Below are positions 10,175-20,477 of a DNA stretch of 64,000 nt, one piece after another; position 1 is the first letter of the stretch; the number at the start of each line of letters is the position of its first letter. This stretch comes from Vulcanimicrobiota bacterium. GTDB taxonomy: Bacteria; Vulcanimicrobiota; Xenobia; Xenobiales; JADMJV01. The stretch lies in the NCBI GenBank assembly GCA_050250895.1, contig JBFWNU010000002.1, positions 192,001 to 256,000 of the forward strand. The letters run 5' to 3'. The translations under genes and the position numbers were made by a program. A model generated the notes under the pieces. It worked only from the letters and a program-made list of their open reading frames with translations. It was not told the origin of the DNA and did not search any database.

Positions 10175-10819
10175 CTAACCCCGAAGAGCCGAGGCCGAGA
10201 GGCCCAGGCCGAGCAGACCCAGCAGGCTGCCGGCGGCCATCACGCCGAAGGCGTATCCGCCCGAGCTGGGTTGGCGACCCTCCTCGAAGAGAACACAGTT
10301 GTCGACATCGAGCTTGGCAAAGTTCTCTTTGAGCAGCTTTCGCTCGTCGCCCTTGAGCGAGTCGATCTCGTTGACCACCATCCCCGTCACTTTGGTGGGA
10401 AATTTGTCCTCGTCGATGGCCTTACCCAGCGCAGTCTTGGTGCGCCAGCGCTTGGTCTTGACAATGACGTGCGGGGTCAACACGGTGAAAGCCTCGGCGA
10501 AGGTGATCTGGTCGGCATCGCCGCCGTGCTTGGGAGCCAGTGTCTCGACGGCCTCCGCGACTTCGGCGTCGGTGAAGATCGGATAGTAGGCGTAGTCGAT
10601 CGAGTCGCTCTCGAGTTCACCATAATAGATGCTGCCGGCGCCCATCGGCACGTGTTCGTCGATGGTGCGGTAGGGGTTGGCAGGGACCCCTTTTTCGAGT
10701 TCTTCTAGACTGATCACTTCAGGCGTGGTGCTGACGCCCTTGGAGAGCTTGTACTCGCTCACTCCGTGGAAAATCAACATCCCAGCCCCGACAAAAATGA
10801 TCAAAACAAGGCGTAACAT
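10175..10819 (-). CDS. Hypothetical protein with N- and C-terminal TM helices
   Basis: 214-aa ORF with hydrophobic termini and a soluble middle. Confidence 0.65.
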   Translation of the reverse strand: MLRLVLIIFVGAGMLIFHGVSEYKLSKGVSTTPEVISLEELEKGVPANPYRTIDEHVPMGAGSIYYGELESDSIDYAYYPIFTDAEVAEAVETLAPKHGGDADQITFAEAFTVLTPHVIVKTKRWRTKTALGKAIDEDKFPTKVTGMVVNEIDSLKGDERKLLKENFAKLDVDNCVLFEEGRQPSSGGYAFGVMAAGSLLGLLGLGLSASALRG

Positions 10820-10875
10820 CGGAAACCCCCTCAGGTTGATAACGGCATAAATTCGGGCTTGGTCGAAAAGGCCCT

Positions 10876-11208
10876 CTAGGGAATGACCTCGACCTCGACC
10901 CGGATGACTCCGTCGCGAAGGAGATCGAGTTCTTCCGCTGCTCGTCGCGATAGGTCGATGACCCGCTCAGGGTTGTGGGGACCCCGGTCGTTGACCACCA
11001 CCTCCACCGATTGGCCGGTATCGAGCCGGGTCACCCGCAGCCGGGTCCCGAAAGGGTGGGTGCGATGGGCTGCCGTGAGGGCCTCGCGGTCGTACGGCTG
11101 ACCGCTGGCCGTCGGTCGACCCTGGAACTTGTCGGCGTAGTAGGAGGCCAGTCCCTCTTCGGCCCACACCGGAGCCGTCAGCAGCATGATCAGCAACAGC
11201 CAGCGCAT
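10876..11208 (-). CDS. rlpA: RlpA-family (DPBB) lytic transglycosylase
   Basis: GLASYY, TAAHRTHPFGT, VNDRGP, RVIDLS motifs; signal peptide. Confidence 0.9.
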   Translation of the reverse strand: MRWLLLIMLLTAPVWAEEGLASYYADKFQGRPTASGQPYDREALTAAHRTHPFGTRLRVTRLDTGQSVEVVVNDRGPHNPERVIDLSRRAAEELDLLRDGVIRVEVEVIP

Positions 11209-11395
11209 CTCTCTAGCTTCGGGCCGCGCTCGCCGGGTCCTTGCAGATCCAACCTCGAGGCGGGAATGACTCGGGAGCAGGCTCTGGAGTTCACCGGGCT
11301 GTAACCAGAAGACCTTGATGGCTGAGATCGATTGGCTCGGTCCACGGTTTACCTGGCGTTAAACCTTGCGGCCGGTCGAGCCCTGATAATGAGGT

Positions 11396-12064
11396 GTGCA
11401 GATTTCCACGCCATCCGTCCGTTCTCGGCCGGTGGATCGGCTGTTTGAGCCTACGCCACCGAAGGAGCCGGTCAAACCCGAGCCGACCCTCGGTTATCGC
11501 CTTGACCAGGTCCTCGATCAGGCCTGGCTCGGAGCCGGTGCTCTGGGCCTGGGCGCGGGCCTGCTGGCCGGACCCACCGCCGGCTGGCTCGGCACCACCT
11601 CGGGCCTCGTGGCCGGAGCCCTGGCGCTGCCTCCGCTAGTTTTGGGCGGGGTCGCTGTCGGCCTGGGTGCATCCAATCTGTTCGGGCTCGATGACGACGG
11701 AGTGCCGGCTGTGGTCGGAGGGGTCATCGGCGGCATCGGGGCGCTGGCCGGCGGATACCTCATTGGTCACGGCGCCCATGGCTGGCTGTTGAGCGCCGCC
11801 CTGGCCATACCGGCCGCCGTGGGGGCGGGTGGATTGGCCGCCCTGGCCCTGGATGGCCGGGACCACCTCGAAGCTTACTACCAGCACCAGGACCGCTTGT
11901 TCGAATATGAGTCGGCCCGGTTGGGCTATCAAGACCAACTGAGCGAGTATCAGAAGAAGCTGGCCGCCTATCGCAGCACCCTGGCGCGCCGCGAACTCGA
12001 CCTGGAACTCACCGATCAGCGTCTGGTGGTAGGTGATGTCGAAGTCGAGGTTTCGCCCCAGTAA
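11396..12064 (+). CDS. Hypothetical glycine-zipper-like membrane protein with coiled-coil tail
   Basis: Gly/Ala-rich hydrophobic core, heptad C-terminal region, -10 GATAAT 5 nt upstream. Confidence 0.65.
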   Translation: MQISTPSVRSRPVDRLFEPTPPKEPVKPEPTLGYRLDQVLDQAWLGAGALGLGAGLLAGPTAGWLGTTSGLVAGALALPPLVLGGVAVGLGASNLFGLDDDGVPAVVGGVIGGIGALAGGYLIGHGAHGWLLSAALAIPAAVGAGGLAALALDGRDHLEAYYQHQDRLFEYESARLGYQDQLSEYQKKLAAYRSTLARRELDLELTDQRLVVGDVEVEVSPQ

Positions 12065-13355
12065 CGCGCTCGACATAGGCGTCGGGGTCGCATTTGCGCT
12101 CTAGCCCTGAACGGGTCATACAGCGCACTTTGCCAAAGATCGCCCGCTCCTTCCAGGGGCGATCGTGCAGGCCGAACAGCCATCCGATGTTGGCGAACGA
12201 GTTGGGGTCGCGTCCGTCGAGAAGATAGCGATTGTTGAGTTCGAGGGCCACCCGGTAAGCATATTCTGGCGTGTTGGTCCAGGTCAGTATCTGCTTGCCC
12301 CAGTACATCCGCATGTGGTTGTGCAGATAGCCGCTACTCACCATCTGGTGCTGGGCGGCGTTCCAATATTCATCGTGAGTCTGGCCGCCCTCTAACTGCT
12401 TGGCCGTGTAATAGACTTCCCGCTCGTCGTCTTTGTGCTCGAGCAGCGTGGTGCGTGCCCACTCGGGCAGACAGCTGAACTGATCGTAGTTCGGAGTGTA
12501 GAAAACGAAATTCTGGGCCAGGCTGCGGCGCACCGTCAATTCTTCGATGAACGCCTCGTTCTTCGTCTGTAGGGCCAGCCACACCGGGCTGATCTGCCCG
12601 AAGTGTAGATAGGGGCTCATCATCGACACCACCGGGTCCTCGGGGTGGGCTCGTTGCTGGTCGTACCGATCGATCTGGTCGAGAAAGGAGCTGAAGCGAC
12701 GCCGGGCGGCCACGGTGCCCGAGACGAGTTCTACCGGCTGGACCGTCTTGGGCACCTTCAGCTCGAGGTTGAAGTTAACGTCCTGGCAGGGATAGGAATT
12801 GGCTTGCTGCGTGATGGTGGGAATCTCGTCAAGATATGGCTCAAGCCACCTCTTCACTTTCGGGCGGAGGGTGCGAGCGGCGTATTCAGCCTTGTCCGAG
12901 ACCCGTTCGACCGGTATGACCGCCTCGCCCTCGATCTGGTAAACCCTCCCGTCAAAGGTTTGGGCCACTTCGCGGTACAGGGCTCGGAGCTCGCGAAGAT
13001 AGCCACGATCGAGCACCACTTCGGCAGCCTCTCGAGTGAGGCGAACGAATTCTCGAAGCGGCTCGCCATGAGCCAGGCTGAAGGCCAGGTTGCGACGACG
13101 CAGGGCCCGGGCCGTCTTCTCCAGCCCTCGCAGCATGAAGTCGAAGTGGCGCCAGTTGGCCTCGGGAAAGTCCTCCCACACGATAAAAAAGACCACCACG
13201 GGCAGGCCCAACTGGTTGCCCCGCCAGATGGCGAACTCCAGGGCCGGATTTTGCTCGGCCCGCTGAGCCGACTGCATCCAATAGGCCACGAACTTGCCGT
13301 CACGCTGCTTGTCACTGAGGGTCTCCAGACGCTTCTCTAGAGCGGAGAGGTCCAT
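12009..13355 (-). CDS. phr: Class II CPD DNA photolyase
   Basis: VAYWMQSAQRAEQNPAL, SPYLHFGQIS, HNHMRMYWGK, LDGRDPNS, HDRPW motifs. Confidence 0.93.
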   Translation of the reverse strand: MDLSALEKRLETLSDKQRDGKFVAYWMQSAQRAEQNPALEFAIWRGNQLGLPVVVFFIVWEDFPEANWRHFDFMLRGLEKTARALRRRNLAFSLAHGEPLREFVRLTREAAEVVLDRGYLRELRALYREVAQTFDGRVYQIEGEAVIPVERVSDKAEYAARTLRPKVKRWLEPYLDEIPTITQQANSYPCQDVNFNLELKVPKTVQPVELVSGTVAARRRFSSFLDQIDRYDQQRAHPEDPVVSMMSPYLHFGQISPVWLALQTKNEAFIEELTVRRSLAQNFVFYTPNYDQFSCLPEWARTTLLEHKDDEREVYYTAKQLEGGQTHDEYWNAAQHQMVSSGYLHNHMRMYWGKQILTWTNTPEYAYRVALELNNRYLLDGRDPNSFANIGWLFGLHDRPWKERAIFGKVRCMTRSGLERKCDPDAYVERVTGAKPRLRHHLPPDADR

Positions 13356-13549
13356 CCTCTCATTAGAGACCAGCTCGCTTCCCGGAGGGAACCTTCCTTG
13401 GTGTCTCGAGCCCCTATACGATCCCTGCGCAGGTAGATAAGCAGGCTACCAGCCAGAGTGCCATCAGTCCCGCCAGAAAGACGAGAGCGACTTTGCCGAA
13501 GACGCGGGGTGGCGGGCGGCGCGAGAGTTGGCCACTTCCGGACGGAAAG

Positions 13550-15046
13550 TTACTGGTCGAGGGGAATGACGCGAATGGCGTGCTCGCCGGGTACGGCGAC
13601 GTAGAGGCGCTGCAGCACGGGGTCGACGGCCAGACCGCCAATGACCGTCCAGAAGACAGGCTCTTTGGCCACCAGGGCCCCGGGAGCCACCGTCAGTAGC
13701 GGCACCACGGCGCCATCGGCCGACAGCCGCACCACCCGGTCGGCCCCCGCTTCGACCACCGCCAGATCGCCGTCAGGCAGGGCCTCGACAGCCGTCGGCC
13801 GGGACAGACCGGAGGCCATCACCAGGGGAGCCCGCTGGCTCAGCAGCACCACCCGGCCGGTGTCGCGGTCGATCACCACCAGGCCTTTGCCCGGCAGGCG
13901 GGTCACATCCACCGGCTCGGACAAGCCGGTCAGGACCGGCACCAGGCCTCCGTTAGGTAAGACCGCCACCACCCGCGAGCGGCCCAGTTCGGCTACATAG
14001 AGGGTACCCCCGGCACTGGTCAGGCCGGCCGGATCTTTGAGGCCCTCGGCCACCACCCGGGCCCGTTCGCCCCAGCCAGAAACGATCTGGCCGTTGCGGG
14101 TCAAAGAGTAATAGACCGTGCCATCCTCGCCCAGGGTCGAGTCGACCACGCCCACCAGTTGCTCGGGGCGAGCGAAGAAGGCTCCTAGCAGGGGAGCGTG
14201 GACGGGGGTCTGGCCCTCATCTAGCTCGACCGCTGTCAAGCCAGCGGCAAAGAGGCGGTTCTCTAGCTCAAAGCGCAGGCTGCCACCGGACTGGCCCCCC
14301 GCCAGGCGAACCGTGGTCTGGCCGCTCTCGAGGTCGAGTTCGCTCAGCGAACCGTCGAGCAGATTGCAGGCGACCAGGGTATTGGGCCCTTCCCGCGCCA
14401 GGGCGCACAGGCCAGTGTGGGTCTCGCCGACCATCCGTTGACCGGGACGGTCCAGAGGCAATTCCCAGACCGTGCCCGTTAGAGCCTCGCCTACATAGAC
14501 GTGGCCCGGCTCGGCCACCAGGCCCAGAGGGGTGTTCAGGCCAGCCGCCAGTTCGCTCTGGCCCGAGCCGTCTAGCTTGATGCGCTCGACGCTACCCTGG
14601 TTTGGCAAGCTCACGAACAGTTCGCCTTCGCCGGCCGCCAGATCGCCCACACCGTCGAGGCCGAAGGCCACCACCTTGCGTATTCCACCTGACCGGGGAT
14701 CGAGTTCGAGCACCCGGCCGAACTTTTCGGCCAGAAACAGGCGACCACCGCGATAGGCCAGGGCCGTCGGAGCTTTGACTTCGAGTTCGAACTCGGTCCA
14801 GCCGGTGGCGTCTAACCGGCCGACTCTGTCGTTGAGGGGATCGGCCAGCCAATAGGCGCCCTCGCCTTCGGCCACCGACCAGGGCCGCAGGCCTTTGGGG
14901 CACCCTTCCAGGCCGTGTAGTCGGCCGGCAGCGAATTCGGCCACCACCAGACGTCCCTGGCTGAAGACCAGATCCGAGGGCCCGGCCAAAGGCTCGGCCA
15001 GGGCGCCGCAGCACCACAGCAGAACCAGCAGCCAGGCCTTTCTCAC
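13550..15046 (-). CDS. Secreted NHL/SGL-like double beta-propeller protein
   Basis: Signal peptide; repeated GLxxPxGL...LYVAE blades; GTGA overlap with tyrS. Confidence 0.75.
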   Translation of the reverse strand: MRKAWLLVLLWCCGALAEPLAGPSDLVFSQGRLVVAEFAAGRLHGLEGCPKGLRPWSVAEGEGAYWLADPLNDRVGRLDATGWTEFELEVKAPTALAYRGGRLFLAEKFGRVLELDPRSGGIRKVVAFGLDGVGDLAAGEGELFVSLPNQGSVERIKLDGSGQSELAAGLNTPLGLVAEPGHVYVGEALTGTVWELPLDRPGQRMVGETHTGLCALAREGPNTLVACNLLDGSLSELDLESGQTTVRLAGGQSGGSLRFELENRLFAAGLTAVELDEGQTPVHAPLLGAFFARPEQLVGVVDSTLGEDGTVYYSLTRNGQIVSGWGERARVVAEGLKDPAGLTSAGGTLYVAELGRSRVVAVLPNGGLVPVLTGLSEPVDVTRLPGKGLVVIDRDTGRVVLLSQRAPLVMASGLSRPTAVEALPDGDLAVVEAGADRVVRLSADGAVVPLLTVAPGALVAKEPVFWTVIGGLAVDPVLQRLYVAVPGEHAIRVIPLDQ

Positions 15047-16251
15047 TCGAGAACCACCTGGACGTAGCGGCGACCCACTTTGAGGATGGGCGAACCCGTC
15101 AGGTCGAGGTCGACCATCTCGGTCACCTTCTCGCCATCGACGCTCACGCTGCCTTGCTCGACCAGGCGCCGTGACTCGCGATTGGATGAAGCGAGCCCTA
15201 CCTGCGTCAACAGCTTGACGATAAACAGCTTGCCGTCGCTGGTCTCGCCGCGGGGCACGGCGGCCTGGGGCATGTCGGTAGGAATCTCTTTTTGCGAAAA
15301 GACCCGCACGAATTCGTCCTGGGCGGCCTGGGCCTCGGCGGCGCCGTGATAAATGGTGATGATCTCGCGGCCCAGCCAGAACTTCACGTCCCGGGGGTGG
15401 TCCTGGCGCAGGCGCCGGTCCACCTCATCCATGGGCACGGTCGTGCACAGCTCGAAATAGCGGCGCATCAGGTCGTCGGGGATCGACATCAGCTTGCCGA
15501 ACATCTCGTTAGGAGGCTCGGTGATGCCGACGTAGTTGCCCAGGCTCTTGCTCATCTTCTTGACCCCGTCGAGGCCTTCCAAAATCGGCATGAGCAAGAC
15601 GATTTGGGGCGGCTGGCCGTACTCTTTTTGCAGCGTGCGACCCACCAGGTTGTTGAACTTCTGGTCGGTTCCGCCCATCTCTACATCGCTCTTGAGAGCT
15701 ACCGAGTCATAGCCCTGCATGAGGGGATAGATCAGCTCGTGCAAGCCGATGGGAACTCCTTCGCGAAAGCGCTTTTCGAAGTCGTCTCGCTCCATGATGC
15801 GGGCCACCGTGTAGCGCGAACTCAAGGTCACCACGTCGGCAAAGCTCATCGGTCCGAGCCATTCTGAATTGAAGCGCACTTCGGTCTTGTCGGGGTCGAG
15901 AATGCGTGAGAACTGTTCGGCGTAGGTGCGCCCGTTCTCTTCGATCTCTTCGGGGGTCAGCACCTTGCGCGTCTCGGAGCGTCCGCTGGGGTCGCCCACC
16001 CGGGCGGTGAAGTCGCCGATCAAGAGCACCACCTGGTGGCCCAGGTCCTGAAACTGGCGCAGCTTGCGCAACACCACCGCAAAGCCCAGGTGAATGTGAG
16101 GCGCGGTGGGGTCAAGACCCAGCTTGATGCGTAGAGGGCGCTTTTGCTCGGCGCTCTCTTTAAGGCGAGCCTTGAGGTCTTCCTCTGAAATGATTTCGGC
16201 GGTGCCGCGTTTGAGCAGCTCGAACTGCTCTTCCACAGGCAAGAAAGTCAT
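15043..16251 (-). CDS. tyrS: Tyrosine--tRNA ligase
   Basis: [12 protein letters not shown] (HIGH-like), KMSKS, C-terminal S4 domain. Confidence 0.97.
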   Translation of the reverse strand: MTFLPVEEQFELLKRGTAEIISEEDLKARLKESAEQKRPLRIKLGLDPTAPHIHLGFAVVLRKLRQFQDLGHQVVLLIGDFTARVGDPSGRSETRKVLTPEEIEENGRTYAEQFSRILDPDKTEVRFNSEWLGPMSFADVVTLSSRYTVARIMERDDFEKRFREGVPIGLHELIYPLMQGYDSVALKSDVEMGGTDQKFNNLVGRTLQKEYGQPPQIVLLMPILEGLDGVKKMSKSLGNYVGITEPPNEMFGKLMSIPDDLMRRYFELCTTVPMDEVDRRLRQDHPRDVKFWLGREIITIYHGAAEAQAAQDEFVRVFSQKEIPTDMPQAAVPRGETSDGKLFIVKLLTQVGLASSNRESRRLVEQGSVSVDGEKVTEMVDLDLTGSPILKVGRRYVQVVLE

Positions 16252-16256
16252 CGATG

Positions 16257-17792
16257 TCACTCCCATTCGATCGTTCCCGGCGGCTTCGGAGTAATGTCGT
16301 AAACCACCCGGTTGACCCCCTCTACTTCGTTGACAATGCGGGTCGCGATGCGATCCAGAAGGTCCCAGTCAAGACGAGCCACGTCGGCCGTCATGGCGTC
16401 CTCAGAATGAACCGCCCGCACGGCCACCACGTCGGCATAGGTGCGGGCGTCTCCCATCACCCCCACGCTCTTGACGGGGAGCAGGGCGGCGTAGTACTGC
16501 CAGGGATGTTTCTCCATGGTGGCCTGAAAAATCTCGCTGCGAGCGATGTGGTCGGCGGCCCGGGCCGTGTCGAGGCGGGTTTTGTCGACCGGACCGAGCA
16601 CCCGCACGGCCATTCCCGGGCCGGGGAAGGGCTGGCGCTCGAGGATGTCGCGGGGCACGCCCAACTCGGCTCCCACCCGGCGCACCTCGTCTTTGAACAG
16701 GGTCTTGAGGGGCTCGACCAGCTTGAGCTTCATGTCCTCGGGCAGCCCGCCCACATTGTGGTGGGTTTTGATGGTGGCCGCTTTGCCTTTGCCGCCGTGG
16801 CCGCTCTCGACGATGTCGGGATAGAGCGTGCCCTGGACCAGATATTCGATGTCGGGCTCTTCGTGCAGGGCCTGCTCGAAAACGCGGATGAACATCTCGC
16901 CGATGATCTTGCGTTTTTTTTCGGGCTCGGCCACTCCGGCCAGCGCCTGTAAGAAGCGCTCTTCGGCCTCGATTTTGCGCACATGCAGACCGGTCTCGCG
17001 CAGGCTCTCCATCACCTGGTCGGCCTCGCCCTGGCGCAGCAGGCCGTTGTCGACGAAAAGACAGATCAGCTGGTCGCCGATGGCTTTGCCCACCAGGGCC
17101 GCGGCCACCGTTGAATCGACTCCGCCCGAGAGGGCACAGGCCACCCGGGCCGAGCCCACCTGCTGGCGAATCTCGCGCACCGTGGCCTCGACGAAGCACT
17201 CGGCGTTCCACTCGAAGCGGCAACCGGCCAGCTCGAGAAAGTTCTTGAGCAGCTTGGTGCCTCCAGGAGTGTGGCTCACCTCGGGATGAAACTGCAGACC
17301 GTAATAGTTGCGGTCGGGGTCGCCCATCGCAGCCATGGCGCTGTCGGTGACGGCCAGTTCGCGAAAGCCCTGGGGAAGGCGCTCGACCCGATCGCCGTGG
17401 CTCATCCAGCAGGCCTGCTCGCCCTCGAGTCCGGCAAAGAGCGGGTTGTCGCCTTTCATCTTGAAGCGAGCCGGGCCGTACTCGCGCACGGTGCCGCGCA
17501 CCACCTCGCCGCCCAGGTGGCGGCTCAACAGCTGCATGCCGTAGCAGATGCCCAGAATGGGCACGCCGCTCTCGATCAGGCCCGAGGGCAAACCGGGAGC
17601 CCCCTCGTCATAGACGCTGTTAGGCCCGCCCGACAAGATGACCGCCCGTGGCGAGGAGCGGCTCAGTTCGTCCCAGGGATGGTCCGGGTCGACCAGCTCG
17701 GCAAAGACGCCGCACTCGCGCAGGCGGCGCGTGATCAACAGGTTGTACTGCGAGCCGTAGTCGAGCACCAGCACGTTTTCACTCGGTTGCAT
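16257..17792 (-). CDS. guaA: GMP synthase (glutamine-hydrolysing)
   Basis: [35 protein letters not shown]. Start trimmed to ATG 17792. Confidence 0.97.
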   Translation of the reverse strand: MQPSENVLVLDYGSQYNLLITRRLRECGVFAELVDPDHPWDELSRSSPRAVILSGGPNSVYDEGAPGLPSGLIESGVPILGICYGMQLLSRHLGGEVVRGTVREYGPARFKMKGDNPLFAGLEGEQACWMSHGDRVERLPQGFRELAVTDSAMAAMGDPDRNYYGLQFHPEVSHTPGGTKLLKNFLELAGCRFEWNAECFVEATVREIRQQVGSARVACALSGGVDSTVAAALVGKAIGDQLICLFVDNGLLRQGEADQVMESLRETGLHVRKIEAEERFLQALAGVAEPEKKRKIIGEMFIRVFEQALHEEPDIEYLVQGTLYPDIVESGHGGKGKAATIKTHHNVGGLPEDMKLKLVEPLKTLFKDEVRRVGAELGVPRDILERQPFPGPGMAVRVLGPVDKTRLDTARAADHIARSEIFQATMEKHPWQYYAALLPVKSVGVMGDARTYADVVAVRAVHSEDAMTADVARLDWDLLDRIATRIVNEVEGVNRVVYDITPKPPGTIEWE

Positions 17793-17864
17793 AGCCTGCC
17801 TTTCGCAGCCCGGCGAAAGCCTTCCTGGCTGGTATGGTGACTCTCGGGGTGTTAGAATACTCGG

Positions 17865-18461
17865 ATGAAACGACCCCGCCGCACCGGACCGACCAAAAAG
17901 TTCAGCCAGCACCTGTTGCTGACCGTCGAGCCTCCTCGCTTCTTGCGCGAGGCTCTGGTGCGCGAGCGCAAGACCTGGCGCAAACAGCTCGACCAGGACG
18001 CGCGCTGGGTTCCGGCTCTGGCCCTGCATCTTACTTTGCGCTATCTGGGCGAGCTCGAGGTCGCTAAGAGCAAGCTGCTCAGCAAGAAACTTGCGGCTGC
18101 GGCGCGAGACATCGAGCCCTTTCAGGTTAGTCTGGCCGGTCTGGGTGGCCACCCCTCGCTTGAGGAGGCCCGCACCCTCTATCTTTCGGTGGTCAAATCC
18201 AAGCCTCTCAAAGCCCTGGTGGCCTCCGTCGAGGACTGCTGCAAGGAGCTCTCGTTGGCCAAGGACAAGAAGCCTTTCGAGAGTCATATCACCCTGGCTC
18301 GCTGCAAAGAGCCGCAATCGTTCTCCGAACTCGAGTTGCCCGAAGAACTCAAAGGTTTCACCGTGCGCAGTTTCTCGCTGCTCGAGAGTCGCTCGGGACC
18401 CGGTGGTTTGAGCCTGCATCCTTTACGTCGATTCGAACTGGCGGCAACAAGCCCGGGCTAG
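17865..18461 (+). CDS. thpR: RNA 2',3'-cyclic phosphodiesterase (2H family)
   Basis: Two HxT motifs: LHLTLRYLG and SHITLAR. Confidence 0.88.
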   Translation: MKRPRRTGPTKKFSQHLLLTVEPPRFLREALVRERKTWRKQLDQDARWVPALALHLTLRYLGELEVAKSKLLSKKLAAAARDIEPFQVSLAGLGGHPSLEEARTLYLSVVKSKPLKALVASVEDCCKELSLAKDKKPFESHITLARCKEPQSFSELELPEELKGFTVRSFSLLESRSGPGGLSLHPLRRFELAATSPG

Positions 18462-18501
18462 ATCCAGCAATCCACCAATCAGCGCTTGCTAGAATCCAAC
18501 C

Positions 18502-19515
18502 GTGAGGATTCTGCCCGGACTAAATACCATTGCACGGCAAGCCGAGTCGCTCAAGGGGCGACTCGAGGATGCCATCGACGCCCTGCGGCCCCCAGACCTG
18601 CCCGCTTACAAAGAAGAGCGCGGTCCCTATCAGGTCAAGACGACCAAGCAGGGCTTTGTCGACGAAACTCGCGACCGTAAGATTCCCCTCAAAGTCTATT
18701 CGCCCGAGGGCGGCGACCCCAACGAGGAACACCCCGTGGTGGTCTTCTCGCACGGATTGGCCGGCAACTCGCTGACCTATGACTACATCGGCAAGCATCT
18801 GGCCAGCCACGGCTATCTGGTGTTGCAGCCCACCCATGTGGGCTCGGACACTTACTCGGTGCTGCGCCACGGCCCTCTGTCTACCTTCCAACAACGCGAG
18901 CTGGTCGATCGGGGCAAAGATGTCAGCTTCTGTCTCGACCGCCTCGAAGAAGGCAAGATCGAGACCGACGCCAAGCCTGACCTGGAACACGTCGGGTTGG
19001 CCGGGCACTCGTTTGGAGCCCTTACGGCCCAGGCCATGGCTGGTCTGCCGGTGCAGGCCCACGATGGCCACCACTTCAATCTTGGCGACGAGCGCATCGA
19101 TGCGTTTGTGGCCATGTCGCCCTACGGCGACTCGGCCCCCAGCCGCTTGCTCGGGCTCGATGTCAACGGCTACGACCACATCGACCAGCCGATTCTGTAC
19201 ATGAGTGGCAGTCGTGACACGCTCTTTACCATGGGTCGAGGGGCCAAGACCCATCTGACGCCTTACTACCGCACCCCGGGCCCAGACAAATACCACGTGC
19301 TGGTGGGAGGAGCCCGCCATGAAGAGTTCGCCCAGGTCCTGGGTCAACTCGACCGCAACCTGGCCACCATGGTCAACAGCAGCACCACCGCCTTCTTCGA
19401 TGCCTATCTACGGGAGGACCCGGCGGCTAGCCGCTATTTGCACGACGACCTGGGCGAGGTTGCTCTGGCCCATCGCTCGACGGCTATGGTGGGAGGCTGC
19501 AACCAGGACGCGTAG
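18502..19515 (+). CDS. Alpha/beta hydrolase (PAF-AH/chlorophyllase-like)
   Basis: FSHGLAG, LASHGY, GHSFG nucleophile, GSRD, ARHEEF. Confidence 0.85.
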   Translation: MRILPGLNTIARQAESLKGRLEDAIDALRPPDLPAYKEERGPYQVKTTKQGFVDETRDRKIPLKVYSPEGGDPNEEHPVVVFSHGLAGNSLTYDYIGKHLASHGYLVLQPTHVGSDTYSVLRHGPLSTFQQRELVDRGKDVSFCLDRLEEGKIETDAKPDLEHVGLAGHSFGALTAQAMAGLPVQAHDGHHFNLGDERIDAFVAMSPYGDSAPSRLLGLDVNGYDHIDQPILYMSGSRDTLFTMGRGAKTHLTPYYRTPGPDKYHVLVGGARHEEFAQVLGQLDRNLATMVNSSTTAFFDAYLREDPAASRYLHDDLGEVALAHRSTAMVGGCNQDA

Positions 19516-19526
19516 AATCCCCCCAA

Positions 19527-20477
19527 ATGCACGTTCTGGTGGTGGGCGACAAAGAGGCAGAGCGAGCTGTCTTGCGTGAGGCTGTGCTTCGACTCGGCCA
19601 TGAGCTGAGCGTAGCCGCCGATGGCGACCAGGGCTGGCAAGCCTATCTCGAGCACGCTCCCCAGATCATCCTCAGCGATTTCATCATGCCCGGCAAGAAC
19701 GGTCTCGAGCTTTGCCGGGCCGTGCGCGAACAGCCCTTTGAGCACTACACCTATTTCGTGTTGCTTTCGACTCTTTCCGAGCGCGGGCACGTTCTTGACG
19801 GGCTGCGCTCAGGGGCTGACGACTATCTGCCCAAACCGGTCGATGTCGAAGAACTCGAGCTGCGCCTGCTGGCCGCGCGCCGGGTGACCGAGCTTCACGC
19901 GCGATTGGCCCAGCAACGCAACGAACTCGAGGCGTTGAGCCAGAAGCTGCTGGATGAGTCGCGCAAAGACACCCTCACTCAGGTAGGCAACCGTCTCAAG
20001 TTCAACGACGACTCGCGCGGCCTGCTCGACGCCTATAGCCGCTACGGTCACGCCTACACGCTGGCCATCTGTGACATCGACTACTTCAAGCAGTACAACG
20101 ACACCTATGGTCATCTGAAAGGAGACGAGATTCTTTGTCTGGTGGCCAGCCATCTCGAAAGTGCCACCCGGGCCAGCGACCACGTCTATCGCTTCGGGGG
20201 CGAAGAGTTCTTAATCGTCTTTGCCGAGCAGGGTCCCGAGGTGGCCCAGGTCGCCGCCGAGCGCCTGCGTCGCGAGATTGAGGGCCTCGATGTGCCCCAC
20301 GCCGGCAACCCCCAGACCGGCAAGTTGACCATCACCTTTGGCCTGGCTCCGCTCTGCGGGGCCGATCAGAAAGATCTCGAGCGAACGTTACAGGTGGCCG
20401 ACGAAGCCCTCTATGCGGGCAAAAGCGCCGGCCGCAACCAGGTCGTCGTCCACCGGCAGGTCGTGCCGGTCGATTAG
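19527..20477 (+). CDS. Response-regulator diguanylate cyclase (REC-GGDEF)
   Basis: ILSDFIMPGKNG and GADDYLPKP receiver motifs; RASD I-site; GGEEF active site. Confidence 0.93.
   Translation: MHVLVVGDKEAERAVLREAVLRLGHELSVAADGDQGWQAYLEHAPQIILSDFIMPGKNGLELCRAVREQPFEHYTYFVLLSTLSERGHVLDGLRSGADDYLPKPVDVEELELRLLAARRVTELHARLAQQRNELEALSQKLLDESRKDTLTQVGNRLKFNDDSRGLLDAYSRYGHAYTLAICDIDYFKQYNDTYGHLKGDEILCLVASHLESATRASDHVYRFGGEEFLIVFAEQGPEVAQVAAERLRREIEGLDVPHAGNPQTGKLTITFGLAPLCGADQKDLERTLQVADEALYAGKSAGRNQVVVHRQVVPVD

Noticed and set aside
13414-13641. Small TM ORF downstream of the beta-propeller gene
   Set aside because: It overlaps the upstream gene with no clear start or RBS; support is insufficient.
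17793-18419. Apparent 200-aa N-terminal extension of GuaA
   Set aside because: It is the antisense shadow of thpR; GuaA homology begins at ATG 17792.
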